Below are positions 55,446-64,000 of a DNA stretch of 64,000 nt, one piece after another. The notes beneath the pieces are model-generated. The model searched no databases and was not told the DNA's origin. It saw only the letters and a program-made list of their open reading frames with translations. This DNA comes from an uncultured Clostridia bacterium (GTDB taxonomy: Bacteria; Bacillota; Clostridia; Christensenellales; CAG-138), in assembly GCA_937915455.1 (NCBI GenBank), contig CALDNN010000225.1, forward strand, positions 1,317-65,316. Direction: 5' to 3'. The position numbers and the translations under genes were made by a program. Position 1 is the stretch's first letter. Each line of letters starts with the position of its first letter.

Positions 55446-56504
55446 ATGGACGAACGGCTCATCACCTCCTCCATGATGCTGGAGGATGAACAAACCGAAT
55501 ATAGCCTCAGGCCCCGCTTTTTAAACGAGTATATTGGCCAGCACCATGTGAAGGAACACATGCGCATCTATATCGAGGCAGCCAAGCATAGGGGCGAGCC
55601 GCTGGATCACGCCCTCTTTTATGGCCCGCCGGGCCTGGGCAAAACCACCCTGGCCGCCATCGTGGCCAATGAGATGGGTGGCAATCTGCGGGTCACCAGC
55701 GGCCCGGCCATCAGCCACGCGGGGGATTTGGCCGCCATTTTGACCAACCTCGCGCCCGGGGATATCCTCTTCATCGACGAGATCCACCGCCTCAACGCCA
55801 GCGTGGAGGAAGTGCTCTACCCGGCGATGGAGGATTACGCGCTGGATATCATCATCGGCAAAGGCCCCAGCGCCCATTCCATCCGGCTGGATCTGCCCCG
55901 CTTCACCCTGATCGGGGCCACCACCCGCATGGGCTTGCTCACTTCGCCCTTGCGGGATCGCTTCGGCATCAAGGAACAATTAGAGCTTTACGCCCCGGAA
56001 GATCTGCAGGAGATCATCCGCCGCAGCGCGGATATCCTGCATATCGAGATCGATGGGGCGTCTGCGCTGGAGATCGCCGGCCGTTCCCGGGGCACGCCCC
56101 GCATCGTCAACCGGCTTTTGAAGCGGGTGCGGGATTATGCCCAGGTACGCGGCAACGGCAGCATCGACCTTTCGTCGGCCCGGGCGGGCCTTGAGATGCT
56201 GGCCATCGATGAGCTGGGGCTCGATAAGGTGGATAGGCGTATGCTTCTCACCATGATTGAAAAATTCGGCGGCAGGCCCGTGGGCCTCGATACCATCGCA
56301 GCCGCCACCGGCGAGGACGCCACCACCATCGAGGATGTTTATGAGCCGTACCTTTTGCAGCTGGGGCTAATCGCCCGCACGCCCAGGGGCCGCATGGTGC
56401 TGCCTGCAGGCTATGCGCACATGGGTTACGCGCCGCCCCCAGTAGAGGCTGCCCCAGTGGAGGCTGCCCCGGCGGGTTCGCAGCAGCAGCGGCTGGATAT
56501 ATAG
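55446..56504 (+). CDS. ruvB: Holliday junction branch migration DNA helicase RuvB
   Basis: [26 protein letters not shown]. Confidence 0.95.
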   Translation: MDERLITSSMMLEDEQTEYSLRPRFLNEYIGQHHVKEHMRIYIEAAKHRGEPLDHALFYGPPGLGKTTLAAIVANEMGGNLRVTSGPAISHAGDLAAILTNLAPGDILFIDEIHRLNASVEEVLYPAMEDYALDIIIGKGPSAHSIRLDLPRFTLIGATTRMGLLTSPLRDRFGIKEQLELYAPEDLQEIIRRSADILHIEIDGASALEIAGRSRGTPRIVNRLLKRVRDYAQVRGNGSIDLSSARAGLEMLAIDELGLDKVDRRMLLTMIEKFGGRPVGLDTIAAATGEDATTIEDVYEPYLLQLGLIARTPRGRMVLPAGYAHMGYAPPPVEAAPVEAAPAGSQQQRLDI

Positions 56505-56564
56505 GAAGGCAAGAAACAATATCCATATCCATCATATAGAATTCAGGGGAAGGAAGTTGCATGT

Positions 56565-57581
56565 ATGGCAGGGAAGAAGGAATTGCAGGCAATGCTGGCG
56601 CAGCGGGAAAGCGCCGTGGCCCAGCGTGAGGCGGAGATCGCCGTTCTGACCAAGCGGGTGGAGGAGCTCACGGGCCGGGAGACCCAGCTGCAGACCGAGG
56701 TAACGGGCTACCGTTCCCGGGGCGAGGCGATCATCAACGCCCTTACGGAAGCCCAGCGCACGGCGTCCCGTATCCGCGAGGAAGCGGACGCCTACAAGAC
56801 CCAGGTCGTAGGCAGCGCCTACGCGGAACGGGACGCGGCCAAAAGGGAAGCCGAGGAGACCATTCAGGCGGCCAGGCAGGAGGCCGGGCAGATCCGGGCC
56901 CAGGCGGAGAGCCGGGCGGCCCAGCTGCGCGCCGAAGCGCAGCAGCAGGCGGCACAGATCCGCGCAGAGGCGGAGCAGCAGGCGGCCCAGCGAACAGCCC
57001 AGGCGGATGCCCAAGTGGCGGAGGCCGAGCGAAAGGCAGCCGGCTTAAAGGAGCGCCTGCGACAGGCTGCGGAGGAGGCCCGGCAGCAGGCCGCGGCCTT
57101 TGGCTCCTTTGTGCTGGATATCGGCAATTCCAGCGCGGGCACGGCCAAGGTGGAGGAGGCGGCGCTGCCGGAGGATTACAGCTCCCCCCAGGTGCTGATG
57201 CAGAATATTTATGCCCTGCAGGGCCGCTCGCTCCCCGGGGAAGAGCCCGCGGAAGCACCCCAACCGGAGCCTGAGCCGGAACCCCAGCCAGAGCCAGAAC
57301 CGCAGCCGGAACCGGAACCCCAGCCCGAGCCCCAGCCGGAGCCACAGATCGTGGCCGCGCCGGTGATCCACACGGAATCCGAGCTGGATGCGGATGCGCT
57401 TTTGACGGAATTGGTGAGCGCGCTGGATGGGCCCGCGCCTGCAAAAACATCCGAAGAGGAGCAGGTATATTCCGTAAGCGATATCCTCTCCGCCGCGCCC
57501 GTAGAGGCCGCGGCCGGGCCAGCCATGAGCGTGCCCGGCGGCCTGGATGACATCATCGACGACATCCTTCGGGGCATTTGA
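56565..57581 (+). CDS. Coiled-coil protein with a Pro/Glu/Gln repeat linker (DivIVA-like middle region)
   Basis: Long Ala/Gln/Glu/Arg-rich heptad-like region, then the PEPEPEPQPEPEPQPEPEPQPEPQPEPQ repeat (DNA about 57262-57345). Confidence 0.55.
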   Translation: MAGKKELQAMLAQRESAVAQREAEIAVLTKRVEELTGRETQLQTEVTGYRSRGEAIINALTEAQRTASRIREEADAYKTQVVGSAYAERDAAKREAEETIQAARQEAGQIRAQAESRAAQLRAEAQQQAAQIRAEAEQQAAQRTAQADAQVAEAERKAAGLKERLRQAAEEARQQAAAFGSFVLDIGNSSAGTAKVEEAALPEDYSSPQVLMQNIYALQGRSLPGEEPAEAPQPEPEPEPQPEPEPQPEPEPQPEPQPEPQIVAAPVIHTESELDADALLTELVSALDGPAPAKTSEEEQVYSVSDILSAAPVEAAAGPAMSVPGGLDDIIDDILRGI

Positions 57582-57652
57582 CAAGGCCCCGGCCGGATGC
57601 TATAGTGTTTTTTGATATCGCATTTATTTAGCTTGGAGGAACGAAACGGAGC

Positions 57653-59095
57653 ATGGCAAAGAACAACGAGGAATTCGTACAGCACATCGCCAGCCGCAGC
57701 GAGGATTTCGCCCAATGGTATACCGACGTGGTCATCAAAACCGATATGTCGGATTACAGCGAGGTTCGGGGCTGCATGGTCATCAAGCCCTATGGCTATG
57801 CCATCTGGGAGCTGATGCAGGCGCAGATGGATCAGCGGTTTAAGGATACGGGGCATGTAAACGCCTATTTTCCCCTGCTGATCCCCGAGAGCATGCTCAT
57901 GCGGGAGGCCGAACACGTCGAAGGCTTCGCGCCGGAGGTAGCCTGGGTCACCCAGGGCGGCACCGAAACCCTCACGGAGCGCCTGGCCATCCGCCCCACC
58001 AGCGAAACCATCATCGGTACCATGTACGCCAAGTGGATCCAGTCCTACCGCGATCTGCCCATGCTGATGAACCAGTGGTGCAACGTGATGCGCTGGGAAA
58101 AGAGCACCCGCCCCTTCCTGCGCACGGCCGAGTTTCTCTGGCAAGAGGGCCATACTGCCCACGCCACCTTCGACGAGGCCCAGGAGGAGACCATGCGCAT
58201 GCTGGGCGTCTATAAGGATTTTGCCGAGAACGTGCTGGCCATCCCCGTACTGACGGGCCGCAAGAGCGAAAAGGAAAAGTTCGCCGGCGCGTATGCCACC
58301 TATACCATGGAGGCCATGATGCAGGATGGCAAGGCCCTGCAAATGGGCACCTCGCATAACATGGCGCAAAATTTTGCCAAGAGCTACGAGATCATGTATC
58401 TGAGCAAAGAAGGCCACCAAGAATACTGCCACACTACCAGCTGGGGCACCTCCACCCGCATGATCGGCGGCGTGATCATGGTGCACGGCGACGACCGCGG
58501 CCTGGTGCTGCCCCCCCGCATCGCGCCCTATCAGGCCGTGATCGTGCCCATCGCAACCCACAAGGAAGGCGTGATGGATAAGGCCGATGAAGTCTTCCGC
58601 AGCCTCAAGGCCGCGGGAATCCGCATGAAGCTGGACGATAGCGAGCAGAGCGCGGGCTGGAAGTTCAATCAATGGGAGATGAAGGGCGTGCCTGTGCGCA
58701 TTGAGCTCGGGCCCAAGGATATCGAAAAAAACCAGGCCGTGCTGGTGCGGCGGGATACCCACGAAAAGCTCTTCGTTTCGCTGGAGGGCCTGGCGGATAC
58801 CATCAAGCAATTGCTCGACGACATCCACCAGAGCATGTTCAACAAGGCATTGGCGATCCGCGAGGAACGCACGCAGGATGTGCGGGATTTTGGTGCGTTC
58901 ATGGAGGCTGTAAAAACCGGCTTTGCCCGGGCGCCCTGGTGTGGCGAGCGGGAGTGCGAGGATGAGATCAAAGCCATCACCGGCGCATCCACCCGCTGCT
59001 ATACCCTGGATTACGACGCAGAGGCCCATAGGGACAACTGCATCTTCTGCGATAAAAAGGCCAAGCACCTGATGTATTTCGGCCGGGCTTACTAA
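57653..59095 (+). CDS. proS: Proline--tRNA ligase (archaeal/eukaryote-like type, no INS editing domain)
   Basis: 480 aa; FAQWYTDVV...VRGCMVIKPYGYAIWE N-terminus; class II motifs; Zn-binding C-terminal domain ending in Y. Confidence 0.92.
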   Translation: MAKNNEEFVQHIASRSEDFAQWYTDVVIKTDMSDYSEVRGCMVIKPYGYAIWELMQAQMDQRFKDTGHVNAYFPLLIPESMLMREAEHVEGFAPEVAWVTQGGTETLTERLAIRPTSETIIGTMYAKWIQSYRDLPMLMNQWCNVMRWEKSTRPFLRTAEFLWQEGHTAHATFDEAQEETMRMLGVYKDFAENVLAIPVLTGRKSEKEKFAGAYATYTMEAMMQDGKALQMGTSHNMAQNFAKSYEIMYLSKEGHQEYCHTTSWGTSTRMIGGVIMVHGDDRGLVLPPRIAPYQAVIVPIATHKEGVMDKADEVFRSLKAAGIRMKLDDSEQSAGWKFNQWEMKGVPVRIELGPKDIEKNQAVLVRRDTHEKLFVSLEGLADTIKQLLDDIHQSMFNKALAIREERTQDVRDFGAFMEAVKTGFARAPWCGERECEDEIKAITGASTRCYTLDYDAEAHRDNCIFCDKKAKHLMYFGRAY

Positions 59096-59168
59096 AAGGC
59101 TTTTTCGCAAAATGCAAGGGGGGAGTGACGCTCTCCCCTTTTTTAAAAAAGGAAAGTACGAGGTTTTC

Positions 59169-60587
59169 ATGAGAAGGATCGCGGCCCTTGTTCTGTGCGC
59201 GCTGATGCTCTTGCCGCTATCGGGTTGCCAGCCCTCGCGGGAAGCCCTTTTGCGCCAGGGGATTAAAATAGAGGAGCTTGACGCCGGCGCGCTTCGCGAG
59301 ATAGCGGAGGAAGCCATCCTCAGCGGGCAAACAGAGCTGCGCCTTAACTACCTGGGCCGCCGGGCGGCGGTGGAGCAAGCGGTACGGGATGGGCTGTGGC
59401 AGGCGCGGGAGAGTACGAGCTACCCCATGCGCCGTTTCCTTGCGGCATACGATGTGTCCTGCACGCAGGAGCGGGGCTATGTGGCCACCCGCATCATACT
59501 CACGCCGGCGGAGACGGGCCTACTGGCGGATATACCCCGCGACGCGCAGGGCGGTCTGGCCGTGGAGGCCTATGGGAAAGGCACGTTGGAAGCCTTGCTC
59601 ATGGATATGATGGAAGCCAAGCAGCAGCAGGCCCTGCGCCTCTATAAATGGCAGGATCTCGATGCCTTCAACGCTATCCTCAAGCAGGATCTGGATGTCA
59701 TCCTCAATACGAATTACGCCTATGTTTATCTGGTTTCCAGCGCGCAATGGGTGCTGAGCGAATATCCGGGCACGGATGGCGAAACCTTTGTGGAGCTGGA
59801 TATCAGCCTGGAGTATGAGCCGGATACGATCCCACTGGCGGATATCCCGGTGGTGGACAACAGCCTGGAGATGATCGACGCCCTGGTGGAAGGCTGGGCG
59901 GCCGGGGCGGATAAGGTGACCCTCATCCTGGAGGATGTCCGGCCGGATGAGGAAACGCTTTTCAGCTGGATCAATACCGCCGAGGTTAACAGCGCCTCTT
60001 TGGCTTGTGAGGGCGATTCCATCTGGTATGAGCTGCTGGAAAACCCAAGCCCGCGCCAGATCGGCCGTTTCTGGCTGGAATTCGACGCCAAGGACAGCCG
60101 CATTACCGAGGCCCAGACGGAGCTAGATAAAACCATCACATCTGAAGCGCAGGCTCTCAAAGCGCGGCTGGGCGAGGGCGCGGATGCGAAAACGGCCTAC
60201 CGGGCCGTGTTCGAGCGGGTGATGGAGATCACCGAATACGACGATGACATCCGCGAGGCCACAGAGCAAAAAACGCTTACGCAGGAGATGCAGATCCTGC
60301 GCAGCGCTTACGGGGCGTTGGTGGCTGGCAAAACGGTTTGCACGGGCTATGCCCGCGCCTTCCAGGCCCTGTGCAACGAGCTCGGCCTACCCTGCTGGAC
60401 TGTAAACGGCTATCAGGATGGTGAGGGCCATACCTGGAACATGGTGCGCCTCAGTGGCGAAACGCTGTATATAGATTGTACCTTTGCGGATACGGGCGGC
60501 AGGCCGAATAAGTATTTCCTGGCCAGCGCCGAAGAGATGGAGGCGCGGGACTATGTGCCGGACGAAGGCTTTGTGATGCCTTGGTAA
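59169..60587 (+). CDS. Lipoprotein with C-terminal transglutaminase-like cysteine protease domain
   Basis: Lipobox LPLSGC. C-terminal core GKTVCTGYARAF...GHTWNMV...YIDCTFAD (Cys-His-Asp). Confidence 0.75.
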   Translation: MRRIAALVLCALMLLPLSGCQPSREALLRQGIKIEELDAGALREIAEEAILSGQTELRLNYLGRRAAVEQAVRDGLWQARESTSYPMRRFLAAYDVSCTQERGYVATRIILTPAETGLLADIPRDAQGGLAVEAYGKGTLEALLMDMMEAKQQQALRLYKWQDLDAFNAILKQDLDVILNTNYAYVYLVSSAQWVLSEYPGTDGETFVELDISLEYEPDTIPLADIPVVDNSLEMIDALVEGWAAGADKVTLILEDVRPDEETLFSWINTAEVNSASLACEGDSIWYELLENPSPRQIGRFWLEFDAKDSRITEAQTELDKTITSEAQALKARLGEGADAKTAYRAVFERVMEITEYDDDIREATEQKTLTQEMQILRSAYGALVAGKTVCTGYARAFQALCNELGLPCWTVNGYQDGEGHTWNMVRLSGETLYIDCTFADTGGRPNKYFLASAEEMEARDYVPDEGFVMPW

Positions 60588-60671
60588 ACGGCTAAGGCCT
60601 ATCCCAGATCGAGGGATAGGCCTTCTTTTTTTGCGCAACACTAGGGGCAGCAGCATATGGGAGGCAGACGC

Positions 60672-61811
60672 ATGGCAAGGTTTATGATACCGAGGGATAT
60701 TTATTATGGCAGGGGTTCGCTGGCGCAATTGCGCAAGCTGGAAGGGCGGCGGGCTTTGATCGTAGGGGATGGAATGAGTCGCGAGAGCGGCTTTATGCAG
60801 CGGGCGGAAGGCTATCTGCAAGGGGCGGGGCTGAATGTGCGCAGCTTTATATGTGCAAGGGGCGGGCCCACGCTGACGCAGGCCCAGACGGGGGCGCGGG
60901 CCATGCAGGAGTTCAAGCCGGATTGGATCGTCGCCGTAGGCAGCGAAGGAAGCGTTTCCGCGGCCAAGGCCATGTGGATATTTTATGAAAGCCCGGCCAC
61001 CACCCCGGATGCCCTTGCACACAATGGGACGCTGCCCAAACTGCGGGGCTTGGCCCGCCTCACGGCCGCGCCCACAGGCGGGGGAGGGGAAGGGGCCCTG
61101 GGTGGCGCGGCCTTTTTGCTAGATCCCGCCCAAGGCAAGCGCCGCCTGCTGCTGGACCCTGTGCTCGCGCCGGATATCGCCATTGTGGATCCGGATCTGG
61201 CTGCGGTCAGTCCGGGGCCGGTGCTTGCCCGGGGCGGCATGGCCGCGCTCTCCCAGGTGCTAGAGGCCCTGAGCCGGGGCGCGGGCAGCTTTGCCCAGCC
61301 CTTGGCCCTGCGTGCTGCCCGGGATATCCTGGCCCAACTGGAGGCCGCGGTAGCCGGAGATGTGCGGGCGCGGGAGACCCTGCACGAGGCCCAATGCATG
61401 GCCGGCCTGGTCTTTGCCAACGCGCCCATGGGCCTGTGCCAGGCCCTCGCGGCCAATACCTGCGCCGCCTTCTACAAGCCCCTGCCCACGGGCATCGCGG
61501 AGTCTATCTTCCTGCCCCGCGCCCTGCGCTGGGAGAGCGGGGCGAAGGAGATGGCGGCCCAGGTCTATACAGCGGCCGGCTTGGCGGGCGACCCGCTGCC
61601 CGCCCTCTGCGCCCGGTTGGAAACCCTGCGCGGCCAAACAGGCCTACCCGCCTCCTTTCAGGCCTTTGGCATAGAGGAGGCGGAGTTTTTGAGCAAGCTG
61701 CCTGCGCTCTCGGAACAGGTCTCCCAGGACCCTATTTTTTCTAAGACGGGCCGCCGCCCTGCACCCAAGGAGACGGAAAACCTTTTGCGTGGCGCCTATT
61801 ATGGCAGTTGA
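60672..61811 (+). CDS. Iron-containing alcohol dehydrogenase family homolog, probably non-catalytic
   Basis: Fe-ADH fold is recognisable (PRDIYYGRGSL, DWIVAVG). The GGGS motif is GSEGS, and the positions of the four metal ligands are non-ligand residues. Confidence 0.7.
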   Translation: MARFMIPRDIYYGRGSLAQLRKLEGRRALIVGDGMSRESGFMQRAEGYLQGAGLNVRSFICARGGPTLTQAQTGARAMQEFKPDWIVAVGSEGSVSAAKAMWIFYESPATTPDALAHNGTLPKLRGLARLTAAPTGGGGEGALGGAAFLLDPAQGKRRLLLDPVLAPDIAIVDPDLAAVSPGPVLARGGMAALSQVLEALSRGAGSFAQPLALRAARDILAQLEAAVAGDVRARETLHEAQCMAGLVFANAPMGLCQALAANTCAAFYKPLPTGIAESIFLPRALRWESGAKEMAAQVYTAAGLAGDPLPALCARLETLRGQTGLPASFQAFGIEEAEFLSKLPALSEQVSQDPIFSKTGRRPAPKETENLLRGAYYGS

Positions 61812-61836
61812 CGTGGCCGCCCACAGCCCGTATAAT
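61808..61836 (+). promoter_or_regulatory. Sigma-A type promoter of tRNA-Leu
   Basis: TTGACG (61808-61813), 17 nt, TATAAT (61831-61836). The tRNA begins 12 nt later. Confidence 0.7.
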
Positions 61837-61847
61837 GATGAAGGCAA

Positions 61848-61930
61848 GCGGCTGTGGTGGAATCGGCATACACAGCAGACTTAAAATCTGCCGGGAAACC
61901 ATGCGGGTTCAAGTCCCGCCAGCCGCACCA
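61848..61930 (+). tRNA. tRNA-Leu (anticodon TAA), CCA encoded
   Basis: Acceptor GCGGCTG/CAGCCGC; anticodon arm GCAGA-CTTAAAA-TCTGC; long variable arm; T arm CGGG-TTCAAGT-CCCG. Confidence 0.88.
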
Positions 61931-61985
61931 GAAGATTAGGTCAAAATAGATGCAGGGCTGAAAAAGCCAGTGTTTATGCGGCCTG

Positions 61986-62024
61986 ACGAGGGTTTTGAAT
62001 GAAAAATTCAAGACCCTCGTTTTT
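61986..62024 (+). terminator. Intrinsic terminator after tRNA-Leu
   Basis: ACGAGGGT...ACCCTCGT outer stem with an inner TTGAAT/ATTCAA stem, followed by TTTT. Confidence 0.75.
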
Positions 62025-62377
62025 CATAGATGCACCCTGCTTTTTAACAAGAAAGCGGGGTGTTTCTCGTTTTTGGCGGGAATCAGTCCGGAAAACAAAT
62101 AAAGCTCATATATCTGATAGGTAACTTTAAATAGATGTGTTCTTGGTTATAGAAAAACACAACCGTTCTTTGCGCTCAAAATTTAAGAAAAAGGATTACC
62201 CCACGAAGATGAATTGCAAACCATGTATTTTGCGTTGAGATTAGCACACATTCCTATAAAAAACATTCAAAACGGAAACACAAAACAATCGTTTCCTATA
62301 TAATGGCCGATTCATTTAGGAAATGTTCACGCTTAATTTACGATTCAGCCGCCCGTCATTTATTGAGCCCCCAAAAC

Positions 62378-62423
62378 CTTACATGCAATGTAAGTGTTTT
62401 TCATCGTCTTGCTCCGTTATAAT
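62378..62423 (+). promoter_or_regulatory. Palindrome upstream of a weak -35 and good -10: candidate response-regulator-activated promoter
   Basis: CTTACAT-GCA-ATGTAAG (62378-62394) abuts a poor -35 (TGTTTT, 62395-62400). TATAAT at 62418-62423. Confidence 0.35.
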
Positions 62424-62451
62424 AAAATCAAAAGCAAAGGAGGTTGTTTTT

Positions 62452-63228
62452 ATGAAACAGGCAATTCTGGAGATCGAATCTCTGCGAAAATATTATGGCA
62501 GACAGGAAAATCAAACAAAAGCTCTGGACGGCATCTCATTTACGGTGATGCCCGGTGAATACCTTGGCATTATGGGTGCCAGCGGATCGGGAAAATCCAC
62601 ACTGCTCAACTGTATCGCCACAGTCATTCGCCCTACGGCGGGACATATTTTGATGGACGGTGTGGAAGTTAGTGCGCTCAAAGGCAGTAAGCTGGCAGAT
62701 TACCGAGGAAAAGAAATCGGATATTTATTTCAGAACTTTGAGTTGCTGGACAATCTTACAGGTCAGGAGAATATCCTTTTGCCTCTCGGCATCCATGGTG
62801 TGACTGAAAAAGAGGGAAATAAGCGCCTGCGGGAGCTCGCGGAATATCTCGAAATCACCGGTGTAATGAATAAATTTCCCTCTCAGATGTCCGGAGGCCA
62901 AAAACAGCGAGTGGCTGCGGCCCGGGCGCTGATTCTGAATCCCCAAATCATTCTGGCAGACGAACCCACCGGCGCACTGGACACCAAAAATGCTCGTGTT
63001 TTGATGGAAAAGCTGGCCGGCCTCAACCGAATGCAGCAGACCACGATTCTAATGGTTACACACGACTCCAACGCGGCAAGCTACTGCAGCCGGATTCTGT
63101 TTATTCAGGACGGCGTCATTTTTCATGAACTGCGCAGAAAAGTACCGAATGAGACACGGGAGCAGTTTTACGAGCGCATCCTTGCAGTCATGGCACAACT
63201 GGGGGGAGGGAGCGCAAATGTTCTTTAA
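62452..63228 (+). CDS. ABC transporter ATP-binding protein (BceA/MacB-type, peptide-antibiotic resistance-like)
   Basis: Start trimmed to MKQAILEIESLRKYYG after AAGGAGG. GASGSGKST, LSGGQKQRVAAARAL, ILADEPTGALD. Confidence 0.85.
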   Translation: MKQAILEIESLRKYYGRQENQTKALDGISFTVMPGEYLGIMGASGSGKSTLLNCIATVIRPTAGHILMDGVEVSALKGSKLADYRGKEIGYLFQNFELLDNLTGQENILLPLGIHGVTEKEGNKRLRELAEYLEITGVMNKFPSQMSGGQKQRVAAARALILNPQIILADEPTGALDTKNARVLMEKLAGLNRMQQTTILMVTHDSNAASYCSRILFIQDGVIFHELRRKVPNETREQFYERILAVMAQLGGGSANVL

Positions 63229-64000
63229 CCTGGTACGCCGCAACAGCAAACGTAACCGGCGGGAAAACGGGCTTTTTTTCTTTTCGCTCTTAGCAGCTAT
63301 CGTGGCCTTTTACATCATCCTCTCGCTGCCGAATCAGGACATTATGGGTTTTCTCCGGGAGATGGAGAGCGGTGCTGTGGATAGGCTTTTAAGCTTAATT
63401 CCCGCCTTTTATGCTGTAACGCTGTTCATTCTTTTCTTCCTCATTTATTTTGCAAGCAGGTACCAGCTGGAACGCCGAAGCCATGAGCTTGGCATGTACC
63501 TGATGATGGGGATGCGCCGTACCAAGCTGTTCACGATGCTGCTGGCTGAAGATCTGTGGAGCAGCCTTGTATCCATAGTCGTCGGTATCCCGGTGGCGAT
63601 ACTTCTTTCTGAGGTTATAAGCCTTGTTACTGCGCGGGCGGTGGGCATGGGGATTCTGGGACACCAGTCCGCCGTTTCTCTCTCAGCTATTTTTTGGACG
63701 ATAGCGGGGTTTGTGCTCATTAAGTTGGCTGCATTTCTTCTGCTCAGCGGCAAATTTGCATCCAAAGAGATTGGCGCTCTGCTTTCTCCCACCCCGGAAG
63801 GCGCAAAAAGGCAGCGTCCGGCAGTCCTGTATCGAATTGCGCTGGCTTTGGGTGTGCTGCTTTTGGCGGCGGCCTACCTGCTGGCAATCAGCGGCGAAGC
63901 ATGGTATTCGTTGGCTGTTATGGGAATAACTTTAGCGTTTGGAATCGCAGGAACGCTGTTGCTTTTCTATGGCCTGCGAACGGTACTGGGCATGTTGGCA
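63218..64000 (+). CDS. FtsX-family ABC transporter permease (BceB-like), 5' part, runs off the right edge
   Basis: Not in the ORF track (no stop in window). The ATG at 63218 overlaps the end of the ATPase gene. MFFNLVRRNSKRNRRENGLFFFSLLAAIVAFYIILS...; multi-TM and stop-free to 64000. Confidence 0.75.
   Translation, partial: MFFNLVRRNSKRNRRENGLFFFSLLAAIVAFYIILSLPNQDIMGFLREMESGAVDRLLSLIPAFYAVTLFILFFLIYFASRYQLERRSHELGMYLMMGMRRTKLFTMLLAEDLWSSLVSIVVGIPVAILLSEVISLVTARAVGMGILGHQSAVSLSAIFWTIAGFVLIKLAAFLLLSGKFASKEIGALLSPTPEGAKRQRPAVLYRIALALGVLLLAAAYLLAISGEAWYSLAVMGITLAFGIAGTLLLFYGLRTVLGMLA

Noticed and set aside
57582-57652. T-box leader upstream of proS
   Set aside because: The intergenic region is only ~70 nt, too short for a T-box, and no T-box sequence is present.
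57209-59317. 702-aa ORF on the minus strand
   Set aside because: It is fully antisense to proS and the preceding gene. Its composition is Ala/Gly/Arg-rich and low-complexity, as expected for the reverse frame of high-GC coding DNA. No domain motifs are visible. The + strand genes have clear family signatures.
1-64000. CRISPR arrays, rRNA genes, transposases, integrases and known defence-system genes
   Set aside because: I scanned for regularly spaced short direct repeats, rRNA-like conserved blocks, DDE/tyrosine/serine recombinase motifs and nuclease/ATPase defence signatures, and recognised none. The only multi-copy sequence I found is the spoIIID module.

Overview
Chromosomal segment from a high-GC, endospore-forming Clostridia-type Firmicute. 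The taxon is inferred from gene content only: sigG, spoIIID, a bofC-like gene and a PdaA-type deacetylase. Most of the window is housekeeping and densely coding: recD2-comFC, three degV paralogs, metNIQ, tcdA, mutY, a GGDEF protein, a Mn riboswitch with mntP, an hcpR-ferredoxin-hcp cluster, pdp, polA-coaE, lspA-rluD, zapA, a U32 peptidase, mutS2, a two-component system with htrA, ruvCAB, proS, tRNA-Val and tRNA-Leu. Three visibly AT-richer segments interrupt it, at about 1-5700, 12880-15920 and 61931-64000. The most unusual structure lies at 12.7-16.3 kb. The promoter plus first ~37-43 codons of spoIIID occur three times in direct orientation: one diverged copy, one near-identical copy, and the intact gene. 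These copies bracket two ~1.4 kb low-GC cassettes that carry orphan genes and share a conserved left-end sequence. This looks like serial site-specific insertion into the HTH-coding part of spoIIID by small elements that bring their own replacement promoter and 5' coding module. No recombinase is visible in the window. The second notable signal is a 31-codon, Met/Cys-rich leader ORF with an intrinsic terminator directly upstream of metNIQ, where an S-box or T-box would normally be expected. Other observations: a PG-binding-domain gene frameshifted in an A7 tract; an Fe-ADH homolog that has lost all metal ligands; a deacetylase truncated at an island boundary; a decayed sigma-like remnant; unannotated small peptide genes; and a hairpin array. 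Many long ORFs antisense to real genes are GC-driven artefacts and were rejected.
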